Positions 7,601-16,757 of a DNA stretch of 61,233 nt are shown here, one piece after another. A program made the position numbers and the translations under genes. The notes beneath the pieces are model-generated. The model made no database searches and was not told where the DNA came from. It worked only from the letters and a program-made list of their open reading frames with translations. Source of the stretch: an uncultured archaeon (lineage in GTDB: Archaea > Iainarchaeota > Iainarchaeia > Iainarchaeales > Iainarchaeaceae); contig CAYJWI010000004.1 of assembly GCA_964373815.1 (NCBI GenBank), positions 1 to 61,233 of the forward strand, in the 5' to 3' direction. The stretch's first letter is position 1; every line of letters starts with the position of its first letter.

Positions 7601-8590
7601 ATGATTTTTTCTCCCACCGCCGAGTTGCTGCTGCTTGCCATTCTTCTCGTGCTTTCAGGCTTTTTCGCCTCTTCCGAAACAGCGATAATTTCCGTGAGCA
7701 GGGCGCGCGTGAAAAGGCTCGCGGACCTCAAGGTTAGGAACGCGAAAAAGCTGCTTGAAATAAAATTGAACCCGCAAAAAATACTCATAACAATCCTAAT
7801 TGCAAATAACCTAGTGAATGTCACCGCGGCCTCTGTTGCCGCGGCAATCGCACTCCAGTTTTTCCAAGGGGACTGGGGCCTTGCGATTTCAGCGGCGGTC
7901 ACAACTTTTCTAATACTCATATTCGGTGAAATAACCCCAAAGTCCGTTGCGCTAAAGCACAATGACAGGATTGCGCTTTTCGCAGTGCCCATACTCTCTT
8001 TCCTTTCAGTAATATTTTCCCCCGTGATTTTCGTGCTGGGCCATATAACCGGCTTTTTTGCAAACCTTCTGGGAGGGGCTGGGGATGAGCAGCGCTTCAC
8101 TGAAGAGGAGGTAAAGGCCGTTGTTTCGATGAGCGCGGAGGAGGGGTCTATTCTCAGGGAGGAGAAGGACATGATACACAGGATTTTCCTCCTTAACGAC
8201 ATACGCGCAGGCGATGTGATGACGCCTCGCTCTGGCGTCACTGCCGTGCGATCTGGCACGCTTGTAGCGGACATTGATTTCAACCTCTTGCGCGAGCATT
8301 CAAGGGTTCCGGTTTACCGCAAAAACCTAGATGACATTGTCGGCGTTTTCTATGCGGGCGATTATTTTGCGGGGGGGCTTGAGAGCGAAGGGAAGCTGCC
8401 CGTGGACAAGTTCATGCGCAAGCCGCTTTTCGTGCACGCCGAGAAAAAAGTGAACAAAATCCTTGCGGATTTCCAGAAGGCGGGAACCCAGCTTGCTATA
8501 GTTGTGGATGACAAGGGCGACACCATCGGCCTCGTTACCGTGCTGGACATAGTCGAGGAAATAATAGGGGAAATAGGCGAGAGGAAGTGA
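7601..8590 (+). CDS. CNNM/DUF21 transmembrane domain plus CBS-pair protein (CorC/TlyC-like)
   Basis: N-terminal transmembrane region with the FFASSETAIISVSRARV motif, followed by a CBS-pair region. The C-terminal CorC_HlyC domain seems to be absent. Confidence 0.85.
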   Translation: MIFSPTAELLLLAILLVLSGFFASSETAIISVSRARVKRLADLKVRNAKKLLEIKLNPQKILITILIANNLVNVTAASVAAAIALQFFQGDWGLAISAAVTTFLILIFGEITPKSVALKHNDRIALFAVPILSFLSVIFSPVIFVLGHITGFFANLLGGAGDEQRFTEEEVKAVVSMSAEEGSILREEKDMIHRIFLLNDIRAGDVMTPRSGVTAVRSGTLVADIDFNLLREHSRVPVYRKNLDDIVGVFYAGDYFAGGLESEGKLPVDKFMRKPLFVHAEKKVNKILADFQKAGTQLAIVVDDKGDTIGLVTVLDIVEEIIGEIGERK

Positions 8591-8662
8591 AACCACTATT
8601 AATTGCCCATTTTGAGAAGATTAAACAACTCAAAACTTGGAACGGTGCCTGATAAAATTCTT

Positions 8663-9016
8663 TCACGCACCGTTTTTTTCAAGCGCATCTATCTTCGCGG
8701 CAACAATGAAATCGTTCATGTGCAATCCGTTGATTTTGTGCGTGAAAAGGGTTATTGTCACCCTGCTGTAGGAAACGAAAATGTCCGGGTGGTGGCCTTC
8801 CTGCTCCGCGATTTCCGCAACCTTGTTTATGAAAGCCATCGCCTCCACGAAATTTGCGAATTTGTATTTTTTCTCTATTTTTCCCGCGTTTTCAACAAGT
8901 TCCCATCCGTTGAGATTTTTGAGCATATCCTGCGCCTTTTCCTTTTTCATGGGCGGCACCTCGACGGTGCAAGGGACGCATTTGCCTGATGAGAGTTTTT
9001 CTTCCACAAGTTTCAC
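8663..9016 (-). CDS. pterin-4-alpha-carbinolamine dehydratase (PCD/DCoH family)
   Basis: 117 aa. GWEL...KKYKFANFVEAMAFINKVAEIAEQEGHHPDI...THKINGL matches the family signature. Confidence 0.85.
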   Translation of the reverse strand: MKLVEEKLSSGKCVPCTVEVPPMKKEKAQDMLKNLNGWELVENAGKIEKKYKFANFVEAMAFINKVAEIAEQEGHHPDIFVSYSRVTITLFTHKINGLHMNDFIVAAKIDALEKNGA

Positions 9017-9783
9017 TGCTCGAGGTGCTGGGTAATGGTCTGCTGCCTTGGCTGGAGGCCTTTTATCTTCGCCTTTTGCGCGGAGTTCGCGGGCGTTAGT
9101 TCAAAATCGAGTTTCCTGAATTCGAGGCCGAGCTGGCCAAGGAGCTCGGAAGCCTTTTTCCTGATTGAAGGCGCGAGCAGTATCCCGCGCGTCTTTATGC
9201 CTTTGAGGTTCTCCACTTCCTTCATGTACCTCTGCAGCTGCGTCACCGCCTCGAAATCAGCTTCCCTTCTCTTGAGCTCTATTACCACAAAATTCCCGTC
9301 CCTATCCTCCGCCACGATGTCAGCAACGCCTTTGCGGAATTGCTGCTGCTGGTTTATCGGTTTTAATCCCTCTTCTACCATCGAGAGGTCCTGCATGAGC
9401 AGGTCGTTGAGGTCCCTCTCGCTTCCGCTAAGCCTCAAATCATCTGTCAGGTCTATCGCATACCTCCTGAGGTCTTCGATTCCGCTAAAGGTTATTTCAA
9501 GGCTTTCGCGCGGCTTTTGCTTTTCCGCCTTCATGATAAAGGCGCCGTCGTCTTCGGTGCAGGAAATCCTGGTGTCCATCATGTAATTGGTCGGCCGTAC
9601 AAGCCTATTCTGGTGGATTGAAACCGAGCCGTCGCCTTTTATGAGCACGAGCCTTTTGCCGCTCGGAAGCGAGGAGGTTGCCCTGCCCTGGTAATTTACC
9701 TCGCACACGCCCACAATCACAACCATGTCCTTTCCGAGGATGCCTCTCTCTATCTCCCCCTTGGCTGTGCCGAAGCTGTGCAT
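9013..9783 (-). CDS. nucS: endonuclease NucS (EndoMS)
   Basis: The N-terminal beta-barrel half contains VVIVGVCEVNYQGRA. The C-terminal RecB-like nuclease half contains DIVAEDRDGNFVVIELKRR. Start is ATG at 9783 (outermost TTG at 9798). The stop overlaps the PCD start. Confidence 0.85.
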   Translation of the reverse strand: MHSFGTAKGEIERGILGKDMVVIVGVCEVNYQGRATSSLPSGKRLVLIKGDGSVSIHQNRLVRPTNYMMDTRISCTEDDGAFIMKAEKQKPRESLEITFSGIEDLRRYAIDLTDDLRLSGSERDLNDLLMQDLSMVEEGLKPINQQQQFRKGVADIVAEDRDGNFVVIELKRREADFEAVTQLQRYMKEVENLKGIKTRGILLAPSIRKKASELLGQLGLEFRKLDFELTPANSAQKAKIKGLQPRQQTITQHLEQ

Positions 9784-10012
9784 TTTTTCCGCCCGCAAAA
9801 ATTACTTACCAATGGATGGTTGAAAGCAATAAAAACAGCTCTTTTCCACGCTGATTCCGCCCTTCAATCCTGTTTCCAAAAGCCTTTGGCTGGCTGCGCT
9901 TAATCCGCCCCATTTCCCCTAATAAAGGATTTTACGCCCCTATTGCAATTGCCGGGTTTGTTTCCCCAAAAGCCGCAAGCGGCACTGCTCCAAAACGCTT
10001 ATTATTGGTTTC

Positions 10013-11032
10013 ATGCGGGGTTATACTATGCAGAAAACAGCGCAGCTGGAAAAGGAAATCTACCTGGAAGCACAGAGGCTGCATTCGAAAATGCAGCACA
10101 TCGGTTACTCCATGAACGAGTGCATGCTCTTCGCCCCCCTAACGCTCAAAATAAACAGGCTCAAAAAAGAGAAAAACGCGGTAATCCTCGCCCACAACTA
10201 CCAGCGGCCGGAGATACTTTTCGGGATTGCGGATTTCGTGGCCGACAGCTTTGCGCTAAGCGCGGAGGCGAAGAAAACAAGTGCGGACATTATACTTTTC
10301 TGCGGAGTGCACTTCATGGCAGAGACCGCGAAAATACTGAACCCTTCCAAGCGCGTGCTGATACCTTCTCTTGGCGCGGGGTGCAGCCTTGCTGAAAGCA
10401 TCACCGCAAAGGACGTCAAATCCCTCAAGGAAAAGCACCCCGGTGTCCCTGTAATCACTTATGTGAACACTTCGGCGGCTGTGAAGGCAGAGAGCGATGC
10501 GTGCTGCACGAGCGCGAATGCGCTCAAGGTGATAGAGGCGATGGATGGCGGTGAAGTTATTTTCCTTCCGGACAAGTTCATGGCCCAAAACCTGCAAAAG
10601 CTCACGGCAAAAAAACTGCATTCCTGGGGTGGCACCTGCATAGTGCATGAAACTTTTACCGCGGAGCAGGTGAAGGCCTACAGGGCGCAGTATCCGCAGA
10701 TGAAGGTGCTCTCGCACCTCGAATGCCCAGAAGAAGTCATTGCGCTCTCCGACATGGCTGGCGGGACTTCGGACATGTACAATTATGTAAAGCAGAGCGG
10801 CGCAAAGCAGTTCATGCTTATAACCGAGTGCGGCATGTCTGACCTCCTCCGCCAGAAATTTCCAGAAAAGCAGTTCATAACCCCGTGCAGCATCTGCCCT
10901 TACATGAAATCAATAAACCTCGAGAACGCGCTCGAATCGCTCGAGAAAGAAAAGTTCGAGGTGAAGGTGCCGGAGGCAGTGCGGCAAAGGGCGCAGAGGG
11001 CGCTTGAGAGGATGCTTGAGATCGGGAAGTAG
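10013..11032 (+). CDS. nadA: quinolinate synthase
   Basis: 339 aa. ILAHNYQRPEI, FCGVHFMAETAKILNP and LITECGM are present. Confidence 0.92.
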   Translation: MRGYTMQKTAQLEKEIYLEAQRLHSKMQHIGYSMNECMLFAPLTLKINRLKKEKNAVILAHNYQRPEILFGIADFVADSFALSAEAKKTSADIILFCGVHFMAETAKILNPSKRVLIPSLGAGCSLAESITAKDVKSLKEKHPGVPVITYVNTSAAVKAESDACCTSANALKVIEAMDGGEVIFLPDKFMAQNLQKLTAKKLHSWGGTCIVHETFTAEQVKAYRAQYPQMKVLSHLECPEEVIALSDMAGGTSDMYNYVKQSGAKQFMLITECGMSDLLRQKFPEKQFITPCSICPYMKSINLENALESLEKEKFEVKVPEAVRQRAQRALERMLEIGK

Positions 11033-11054
11033 GATTAAATTTTAGGGCGATTTC

Positions 11055-11609
11055 TCACTGTTTCACTTCATCCTTGAGTATCGACTCAATCCTCTTCCTC
11101 GCGTTGATTTTTTTGAGGAATGCCTCGACGCTTTTCGGCACAAGGCCTCCGAGGCCCCCGCCCTCCATTATCTTTTTCCTAACCTTTGTGGAATCAAGGG
11201 TTTTTGCGTTGCTGACAAGCTTTTCAACTTTGTATCCGTCAGCCTCGAAAAGCTCCTTTACGAGCGGGTTGTTCGTGAAAACTATTTCGAATTTGGGGCA
11301 GTAGCTCTTTATCCTCTGGCTCCAGAGGGCATACTCAGAGATGTCATCGACCGGGACGATGTAGCATTTTTCGAAAAGGTTTTCCTCCCGCAGGGCCTCT
11401 GAAATCATCTCTATCCTCTCGCCCGCAGTGAAAGGGTTCTGGCCCTGGAATGACTCCTTTGCGCTGCCGACAACAATTACCATTTCATCCACTTTCGCGA
11501 GCGCATTCTTTAGCGCATTGTGGTGGCCCAAATGGTATGGCTGGAAACGGCCTACGAACAAACCCCTCTTCAAAGCAAAGCCCCCATGGATGTTCAATAT
11601 TTTGGACAT
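11055..11609 (-). CDS. nadM: nicotinamide-nucleotide adenylyltransferase, archaeal type
   Basis: 184 aa. GRFQPYHLGH (the HxGH nucleotidyltransferase motif) and NPFTAGER are present. Confidence 0.85.
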   Translation of the reverse strand: MSKILNIHGGFALKRGLFVGRFQPYHLGHHNALKNALAKVDEMVIVVGSAKESFQGQNPFTAGERIEMISEALREENLFEKCYIVPVDDISEYALWSQRIKSYCPKFEIVFTNNPLVKELFEADGYKVEKLVSNAKTLDSTKVRKKIMEGGGLGGLVPKSVEAFLKKINARKRIESILKDEVKQ

Positions 11610-11642
11610 ATGTTCATAAAACGCTTCTATTCTTTGAGGCCT

Positions 11643-12500
11643 TCAAGGCCTCCTTTTTTTTGCTGCAATATCGAGGCTAAAATCGATTATGCGCGCGGCT
11701 TTAGTGAGCTCGCCCATTGAAATCATGTCAGCACCGAGATTAGAGTATTTTTTGAGGTTTTTTAATGTGATGCCTCCCGAGAGCTCTATTTTCCCCTTAA
11801 AGCCGAAATCGCAGAGCATTTCGATGCATTTCTTCGCCCTGCGCGGCGGGAAATTGTCAAGCATTATTATGTGCGGGCCTGCGAGCGAGGCGAGCGCCGC
11901 ATCGGTTTCGTCCTCGACCTCGATTTCATAATTTTTCCCATTCCTTTTTGCCGCGATGCACGCCTCGAGCACCGAGGGGAAAAACTTGAGGTGGTTGTCC
12001 TTCAGCAAAACCATTTCGTGCAGGTCCTTGCGGTGGCCAGAGCAGCCCGCGGTTTCGGCGGCCTTCTTGTCAAAGGGCTGGAAACCCGGTGAGGTTTTCC
12101 TTGTGGCCGCTATGGTTGTTTTCGCCGTGCCATGGTGGTTCTTTGCACTGCCAACGATTTTTTTCGCCTTCGCGCACAGGGTTGCAACTCCGCTCATCCT
12201 TCCCAGGACATTGAGCAAAACCCTTTCGATTGAGAGTATTTTCCTGTTGCTCCCGTGCATTGCAATTATTTTCATGCCTTTGGCGACTTTTTGCCCGTCT
12301 TTTTTGAAGGCTTTTGCCTTGATGCGGAAGTGGTGGCAGAGGAAGAGCGCCTCCTCGATGCCGGCAAGGGTGCATTCCTCGTTCGCTTTTATGTGTGCGG
12401 AGCATTCTGCCTCCGGCGTAAGCGAGCTTGTCACATCCCCTTTTCCGAGGTCGTCTTTGAGGAATGAGAGCAGCTGCTTTCTCGCGTGCAGGGAAACCAT
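11643..12500 (-). CDS. nadC: nicotinate-nucleotide pyrophosphorylase (carboxylating)
   Basis: 285 aa. DLGKGDVTS, TRKTSPG, LKDNH and IMLDNF are present. Confidence 0.9.
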   Translation of the reverse strand: MVSLHARKQLLSFLKDDLGKGDVTSSLTPEAECSAHIKANEECTLAGIEEALFLCHHFRIKAKAFKKDGQKVAKGMKIIAMHGSNRKILSIERVLLNVLGRMSGVATLCAKAKKIVGSAKNHHGTAKTTIAATRKTSPGFQPFDKKAAETAGCSGHRKDLHEMVLLKDNHLKFFPSVLEACIAAKRNGKNYEIEVEDETDAALASLAGPHIIMLDNFPPRRAKKCIEMLCDFGFKGKIELSGGITLKNLKKYSNLGADMISMGELTKAARIIDFSLDIAAKKRRP

Positions 12501-12638
12501 ACCAATTTTGCCCCGAATAAACTTTAATTACCATTCGCTCCCTAAATTAATCACTTTTCCGGAGGTGTTGATCTGGCCAAAAAACCCGCTAAAAAAGCCC
12601 TTAAGGGCACATGGAAGCTCAAGGAGGGCTTTGCGCAG

Positions 12639-13472
12639 ATGCTAAAGGGCGGCTGCATAATGGATGTTGTCAGCGCCAAGCAGGCCAAAATAGCGGAAAA
12701 AGCCGGTGCCTGCGCAGTAATGGCCCTCGAAAGGGTGCCGGCGGACATTCGCGCGCACGGCGGGGTCGCCCGGATGGCAGACCCTAAAAAAATCCGGGAA
12801 ATAATGAAGGTGGTTTCTATTCCAGTTATGGCAAAGGCGAGGATTGGGCATTTTGTGGAAGCGCAGATACTAGAAGGGCTCGGCGTTGATTTCATCGACG
12901 AGAGCGAAGTGCTGACACCCGCCGACCCTTCGCTTCACATAGACAAGTGGCAGTTCGATGTTCCGTTCGTTTGCGGCGCGCGCGACTTGGGCGAGGCCCT
13001 GCGCAGGATAAATGAAGGCGCCGCAATGGTACGCACAAAAGGCGAAGCCGGCACGGGAAATGTTGTCGAGGCAGTGAGGCATTGCAGGGCGGTCTCCTCG
13101 CAGATTTCGTGGCTTGCGGGCGCGCATATTGACAAGCTTGAATCCGCGGCCTCGCGCTTTCGGGTTCCGTTAGAACTCGTAAAAAAAACCGCGGAGATAG
13201 GGAGGCTTCCTGTCGTGAACTTTGCAGCGGGTGGGATTGCAACGCCCGCCGATGCCGCATTGATGATGCAGCTAGGTGTGGATGGGGTGTTTGTCGGCTC
13301 CGGGATTTTCAAGTCGAAAAATCCGCAAAGGTTTGCATCCGCGATTGTGCAAGCCACAACGCACTTCGATGACCGCAAGCTGCTCGCAAAGGTTTCAACA
13401 GGCCTAGGAGACGCCATGCAGGGCCTTGAGATTTCAGGCCTTGGCACAAGGATGCAGGAGAGGGGCTGGTGA
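12639..13472 (+). CDS. pdxS: pyridoxal 5'-phosphate synthase, synthase subunit
   Basis: [38 protein letters not shown] and related motifs are present. The conserved N-terminal segment ([12 protein letters not shown]) continues in frame upstream of this ATG, so the true start may be CTG at 12573 (see findings). Confidence 0.95.
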   Translation: MLKGGCIMDVVSAKQAKIAEKAGACAVMALERVPADIRAHGGVARMADPKKIREIMKVVSIPVMAKARIGHFVEAQILEGLGVDFIDESEVLTPADPSLHIDKWQFDVPFVCGARDLGEALRRINEGAAMVRTKGEAGTGNVVEAVRHCRAVSSQISWLAGAHIDKLESAASRFRVPLELVKKTAEIGRLPVVNFAAGGIATPADAALMMQLGVDGVFVGSGIFKSKNPQRFASAIVQATTHFDDRKLLAKVSTGLGDAMQGLEISGLGTRMQERGW

Positions 13473-13987
13473 TGCCAGGCAGGAGGCCGGGAAAAAAGCC
13501 AGTGGCCAGGGGTTTGGCGCTTGCCAGTTCTTCATATAAAAAAGTAAAAACCAGCCTCAAGAAAAAAAACGCCCCTGAAGGAATGCTTTTTTTTGACGTC
13601 CAAGCGAAACTTTCTCGTAAGTTTGGAGGGGAAAAAGTCCCGCTCCTTATAACAAAAAAAGGGCCTTTCATTGAATTGAACGGCAAATGGATTGAGGTCT
13701 GCAAAAGGTCTGATTTTGCATATCCAAAGAGGCTTAGTCCAGTATTATACAAAAAAGGGGATATTTATTTCCCAGCCCCAGATGGAAAGGTGTGGAGAAT
13801 AGAAGACCTTGGCATAATTGACAGCGTATACATCCATGATTTCGGAATTGTGGTGTATGTTAAAAAATCTTGGCTCTTGGATGGCTCCCAAGGGGTATCA
13901 AAACAATATGTGCAGGTCGGCCCTGGGAAAGTAATACTAACTTATGATTCTAATGTGCCTGGCATGCCTGTAGGGTTGGGAAAATGA
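13472..13987 (+). CDS. hypothetical protein (ORFan) inserted between pdxS and pdxT
   Basis: 171-aa ORF. Its ATG at 13472 overlaps the pdxS TGA (GTG at 13469 is also possible). Its stop overlaps the pdxT ATG (ATGA). The N-terminus is basic and the remainder looks beta-rich. It is visibly more A/T-rich than its neighbours. Confidence 0.6.
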   Translation: MPGRRPGKKPVARGLALASSSYKKVKTSLKKKNAPEGMLFFDVQAKLSRKFGGEKVPLLITKKGPFIELNGKWIEVCKRSDFAYPKRLSPVLYKKGDIYFPAPDGKVWRIEDLGIIDSVYIHDFGIVVYVKKSWLLDGSQGVSKQYVQVGPGKVILTYDSNVPGMPVGLGK

Positions 13988-14553
13988 AACAGCTTGTAGG
14001 CGTGCTTGCATTGCAGGGCGATTTCCGCGAGCACGTGCAGCTGCTAAAAGAGCACAAAGTGCAGGCCGTTGAGGTCAGGAATGCAAAAGAGCTCTCTGCC
14101 TGCTCCTGCCTCATAATCCCGGGCGGCGAGAGCACCACTATCGGCCTGCTGCTGAAATCCACTGGGCTTGGCAGGGAAATAAAGCGGCGCGTGAAAAAAG
14201 GCATGCCGCTCTACGGCACCTGCGCCGGCGCAATCATTGCCGCGAAAAAAGTTTTGGGGGAAAGGAGGTTTGCGCCGCTTGGGCTCATTGACATTGAAGT
14301 GAAGAGGAACGATTACGGAAGGCAGGTCGATTCATTCGAATCGGAAGTAGAGTTCGCTGGCGGAGTAAAACTGAACGGCGTTTTCATAAGGTCTCCAAAG
14401 ATTAGAAGGGTTGGGAAAGGGGTTGAGGTGCTAGCAAGGCTTGGAAAAGAGCCTGTGCTTGTGAAGCAGGGCAACGTGATTGCCGGCGCTTTTCACCCCG
14501 AAACTGAAAAGGATTTTTTCGTGCACAAGATGCTCCTTGAACTGGCTAACTGA
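13984..14553 (+). CDS. pdxT: pyridoxal 5'-phosphate synthase, glutaminase subunit
   Basis: 189 aa. VGVLALQGDF, IIPGGESTT, GTCAGAI and FHPE are present. Confidence 0.92.
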   Translation: MKQLVGVLALQGDFREHVQLLKEHKVQAVEVRNAKELSACSCLIIPGGESTTIGLLLKSTGLGREIKRRVKKGMPLYGTCAGAIIAAKKVLGERRFAPLGLIDIEVKRNDYGRQVDSFESEVEFAGGVKLNGVFIRSPKIRRVGKGVEVLARLGKEPVLVKQGNVIAGAFHPETEKDFFVHKMLLELAN

Positions 14554-14596
14554 ATGCTTCGCCTTTTAATTCATTTTCCAAGCCCATTGTATACAG

Positions 14597-14896
14597 ATGC
14601 TTCCGCTCAAGGCCTTCGAGAAGAATGCTTGGTATTTGATAGGCGCTACGAGGGGAGGCCCGATGCGCGCCATAATAATGCGTGAGCTGATGGAAAGGCC
14701 ACTCAACCCGAACCAACTTGCAAAGCTGCTCGGGGTTGACTACAAGACAATAACCCACCACCTTGAAGCCCTTCTGAGGAACAATTGGGTCACAAGGAAT
14801 TCCAAAAAATATGCAGAGTTGTACTTCCCCGCTTTCACCGTTGAGGAAACAAGGGTTTTCATGGAAATAGTGCGCGAAATTGGGGAAAAGCTTTAA
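14597..14896 (+). CDS. winged-helix (ArsR-like) transcriptional regulator
   Basis: 99 aa. RAIIMRELMERPLNPNQLAKLLGVDYKTITHHLEALLRNNWV has an HTH-plus-wing pattern. Confidence 0.7.
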   Translation: MLPLKAFEKNAWYLIGATRGGPMRAIIMRELMERPLNPNQLAKLLGVDYKTITHHLEALLRNNWVTRNSKKYAELYFPAFTVEETRVFMEIVREIGEKL

Positions 14897-14921
14897 AAGA
14901 TTCCAAAACAAGGTTATTACT

Positions 14922-15197
14922 ATGGAAGCAGCAGTACTGTTCGAGGCCCTGAATGCAGTCCTCCTTGTCACTTTGCTCTACGTTTACGTCTCGAATTACA
15001 GGCAGGCCAAGGCGCCTTTCCTTTTGGGCCTTGTTGTTTTCGCAGCTTTCCTCCTGGTGCAGAATAGCCTTGCGCTTTACTTCCATCTGACATCTATGGA
15101 GTATTACTCGAAAGAGGCAATGTCGCAGTCGCTCCCGATAACTGCGGCCCAGACAATCGCCCTTTTGGTGCTCAATTACTTCACATGGAAAGGGTAG
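14922..15197 (+). CDS. small membrane protein (3 predicted TM helices)
   Basis: ATG at 14922 (the track ORF starts at TTG 14880 and overlaps the regulator). Hydrophobic helices include AAVLFEALNAVLLVTLLYVYV, FLLGLVVFAAFLLV and TIALLVLNYF. Confidence 0.55.
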   Translation: MEAAVLFEALNAVLLVTLLYVYVSNYRQAKAPFLLGLVVFAAFLLVQNSLALYFHLTSMEYYSKEAMSQSLPITAAQTIALLVLNYFTWKG

Positions 15198-15308
15198 AAG
15201 GCCTGCCAATAATGCACGCAACCACAGGCGTAATTGGAAGCAACTTGGAAAAAAGCTTATAAACCCAGGATCAGAAGTTCAATACGAGATTTTTTTGGGG
15301 GGGATGTC

Positions 15309-15923
15309 TTGAAAAAAATTGTTTTTGTAGGAGTTATCGTATTGCTTGCGCTGCTTGTTTCAGGGTGCGCACAAGTGACTACAGAGAAAGCAGGCAATGC
15401 TGCCCCGGAAAATAATGGGGCGGCAGCGGCGAAAGAAGGCGCGGCAATGGAAAAAGAAGATGGCGCAATGGCAAAGGAAGATGGCGTGATGGTAAAGACT
15501 GAAGGCGGGGATGGCGCAATGGCAAAGGAAGATGGCGCAGCAATGCAGAAAGAAGGCGCGGCAATGGAGGCCTCTTTTTACAGCCCGTTCGCAAAAGCGG
15601 AGTATGACAAGGCGAGGGCCGAAGGAAAGGTTGTTTTCCTCGAGTTTTACGCAAACTGGTGCCCGCTCTGCTCAAGGCAGAAGCCAGTTGATGAATCAGT
15701 TTTTGCCGACCCATCCGTACCTAAGGGTGTTGCGGGTTTCCAGGTGAATTACAAGGACAGCGAAACAGATGCTGATGAGCAGGAGCTCGCAAGGCAGTTC
15801 GGCATAACTTACCAGCACACGAGGGTCATACTTGCAAAGGGCGGTTCGCTGTTCCACAAGAAAACTGGGAATTCAGAGAAGGATGAAATCATCGGACTGC
15901 TGGAGCAGGCATCAGCTTCTTGA
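15309..15923 (+). CDS. thioredoxin-fold lipoprotein with a Met/Ala/Glu/Lys-rich repeat linker
   Basis: TTG at 15309, preceded by GGGGGG, gives MKKIVFVGVIVLLALLVSGC (signal peptide plus lipobox). The Trx motif is FYANWCPLCSRQ. The track ORF starts further upstream, at 15234. Confidence 0.75.
   Translation: MKKIVFVGVIVLLALLVSGCAQVTTEKAGNAAPENNGAAAAKEGAAMEKEDGAMAKEDGVMVKTEGGDGAMAKEDGAAMQKEGAAMEASFYSPFAKAEYDKARAEGKVVFLEFYANWCPLCSRQKPVDESVFADPSVPKGVAGFQVNYKDSETDADEQELARQFGITYQHTRVILAKGGSLFHKKTGNSEKDEIIGLLEQASAS
15431..15568 (+). repeat. in-frame nested direct repeats encoding the Met-rich linker
   Basis: A 28-nt perfect repeat GATGGCGCAATGGCAAAGGAAGATGGCG occurs at 15459-15486 and 15510-15537. 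A 21-nt perfect repeat GAAAGAAGGCGCGGCAATGGA occurs at 15431-15451 and 15548-15568. Confidence 0.85.
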
Positions 15924-15940
15924 ACGCGGAGTGAAAACTG

Positions 15941-16705
15941 ATGGCTATGGGGCTTGAAATCGGCACAATAGTGCCGGCATTTTTTTTCGGCATCCTCTCT
16001 TTTTTCCTGAGCCTTTGCATTCTCCCATTGATACCTGCTTTTCTAACTTTCATTGCAGGTACCAGCGTTGAGGAAATGAAGAAGGATGCCATTAAGGCGA
16101 GATTCCAGATAATAACCAACACCGTCGCATTCGTGCTCGGGCTCGCGTTCTTTTTCTCCCTGCTCGGCGTTTTGTTCCAGAGCGTTTTTTCATCGATATC
16201 CTATGACTTGCAGATTTATCTGGGTTATTTTTTTGGCGCCGTCATAATTGTTTTCGGGCTCATGATGGCGGGCCTGCTTAAAATCCCGTTCCTCCAGAAG
16301 GAGCACAAGCTCAAAATTGGCATGAAGGATAGGTCCCTGCTCAAATCCTTCATTTTCGGGGCTGCATTTGCGGTTGGGTGGACTCCGTGCGCATCACCCT
16401 TCCTTGGCGTGGTGCTTGGTTTTGCGGCGACAAACCCCCTGCAGGCTTTTCCAATCCTGTTTTCGTATTCGCTCGGCCTAGGCTTTCCTTTCATCATTAC
16501 AGCTTTCTTCATTTCAAGGGCGAAGGGCTTTTTCCAGGGAATCGCCCCACACATGGAAAAGCTGAATTTTGTTTTCGGGATAGTTTTCATTTTGCTCGGG
16601 ATACTCATTTTCACAGGAAGCCTGAATGCTTTGATAAACTCTATAATCCCGCAAGACCTCGCGCTGCGGCTTATTGATATCCAGCAGGGTGTTTTTGGGA
16701 AGTAA
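15941..16705 (+). CDS. ccdA: CcdA/DsbD-family transmembrane thiol-disulfide electron transporter
   Basis: 254 aa, polytopic. The two conserved Cys-Pro motifs are LCILPLIP and GWTPCASPFLG. Confidence 0.85.
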   Translation: MAMGLEIGTIVPAFFFGILSFFLSLCILPLIPAFLTFIAGTSVEEMKKDAIKARFQIITNTVAFVLGLAFFFSLLGVLFQSVFSSISYDLQIYLGYFFGAVIIVFGLMMAGLLKIPFLQKEHKLKIGMKDRSLLKSFIFGAAFAVGWTPCASPFLGVVLGFAATNPLQAFPILFSYSLGLGFPFIITAFFISRAKGFFQGIAPHMEKLNFVFGIVFILLGILIFTGSLNALINSIIPQDLALRLIDIQQGVFGK

Positions 16706-16757
16706 TGTTTGCGGCGGAAATGAATGGCGATGTAGGGGATTTGAGGGAAGCGGTGAA

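Noticed and set aside
7567-8283. A 238-aa ORF on the minus strand opposite the CNNM/CBS gene.
   Set aside because: It is a Ser/Thr/Ala-rich antisense shadow. The + strand protein has the DUF21 signature and clean TM helices.
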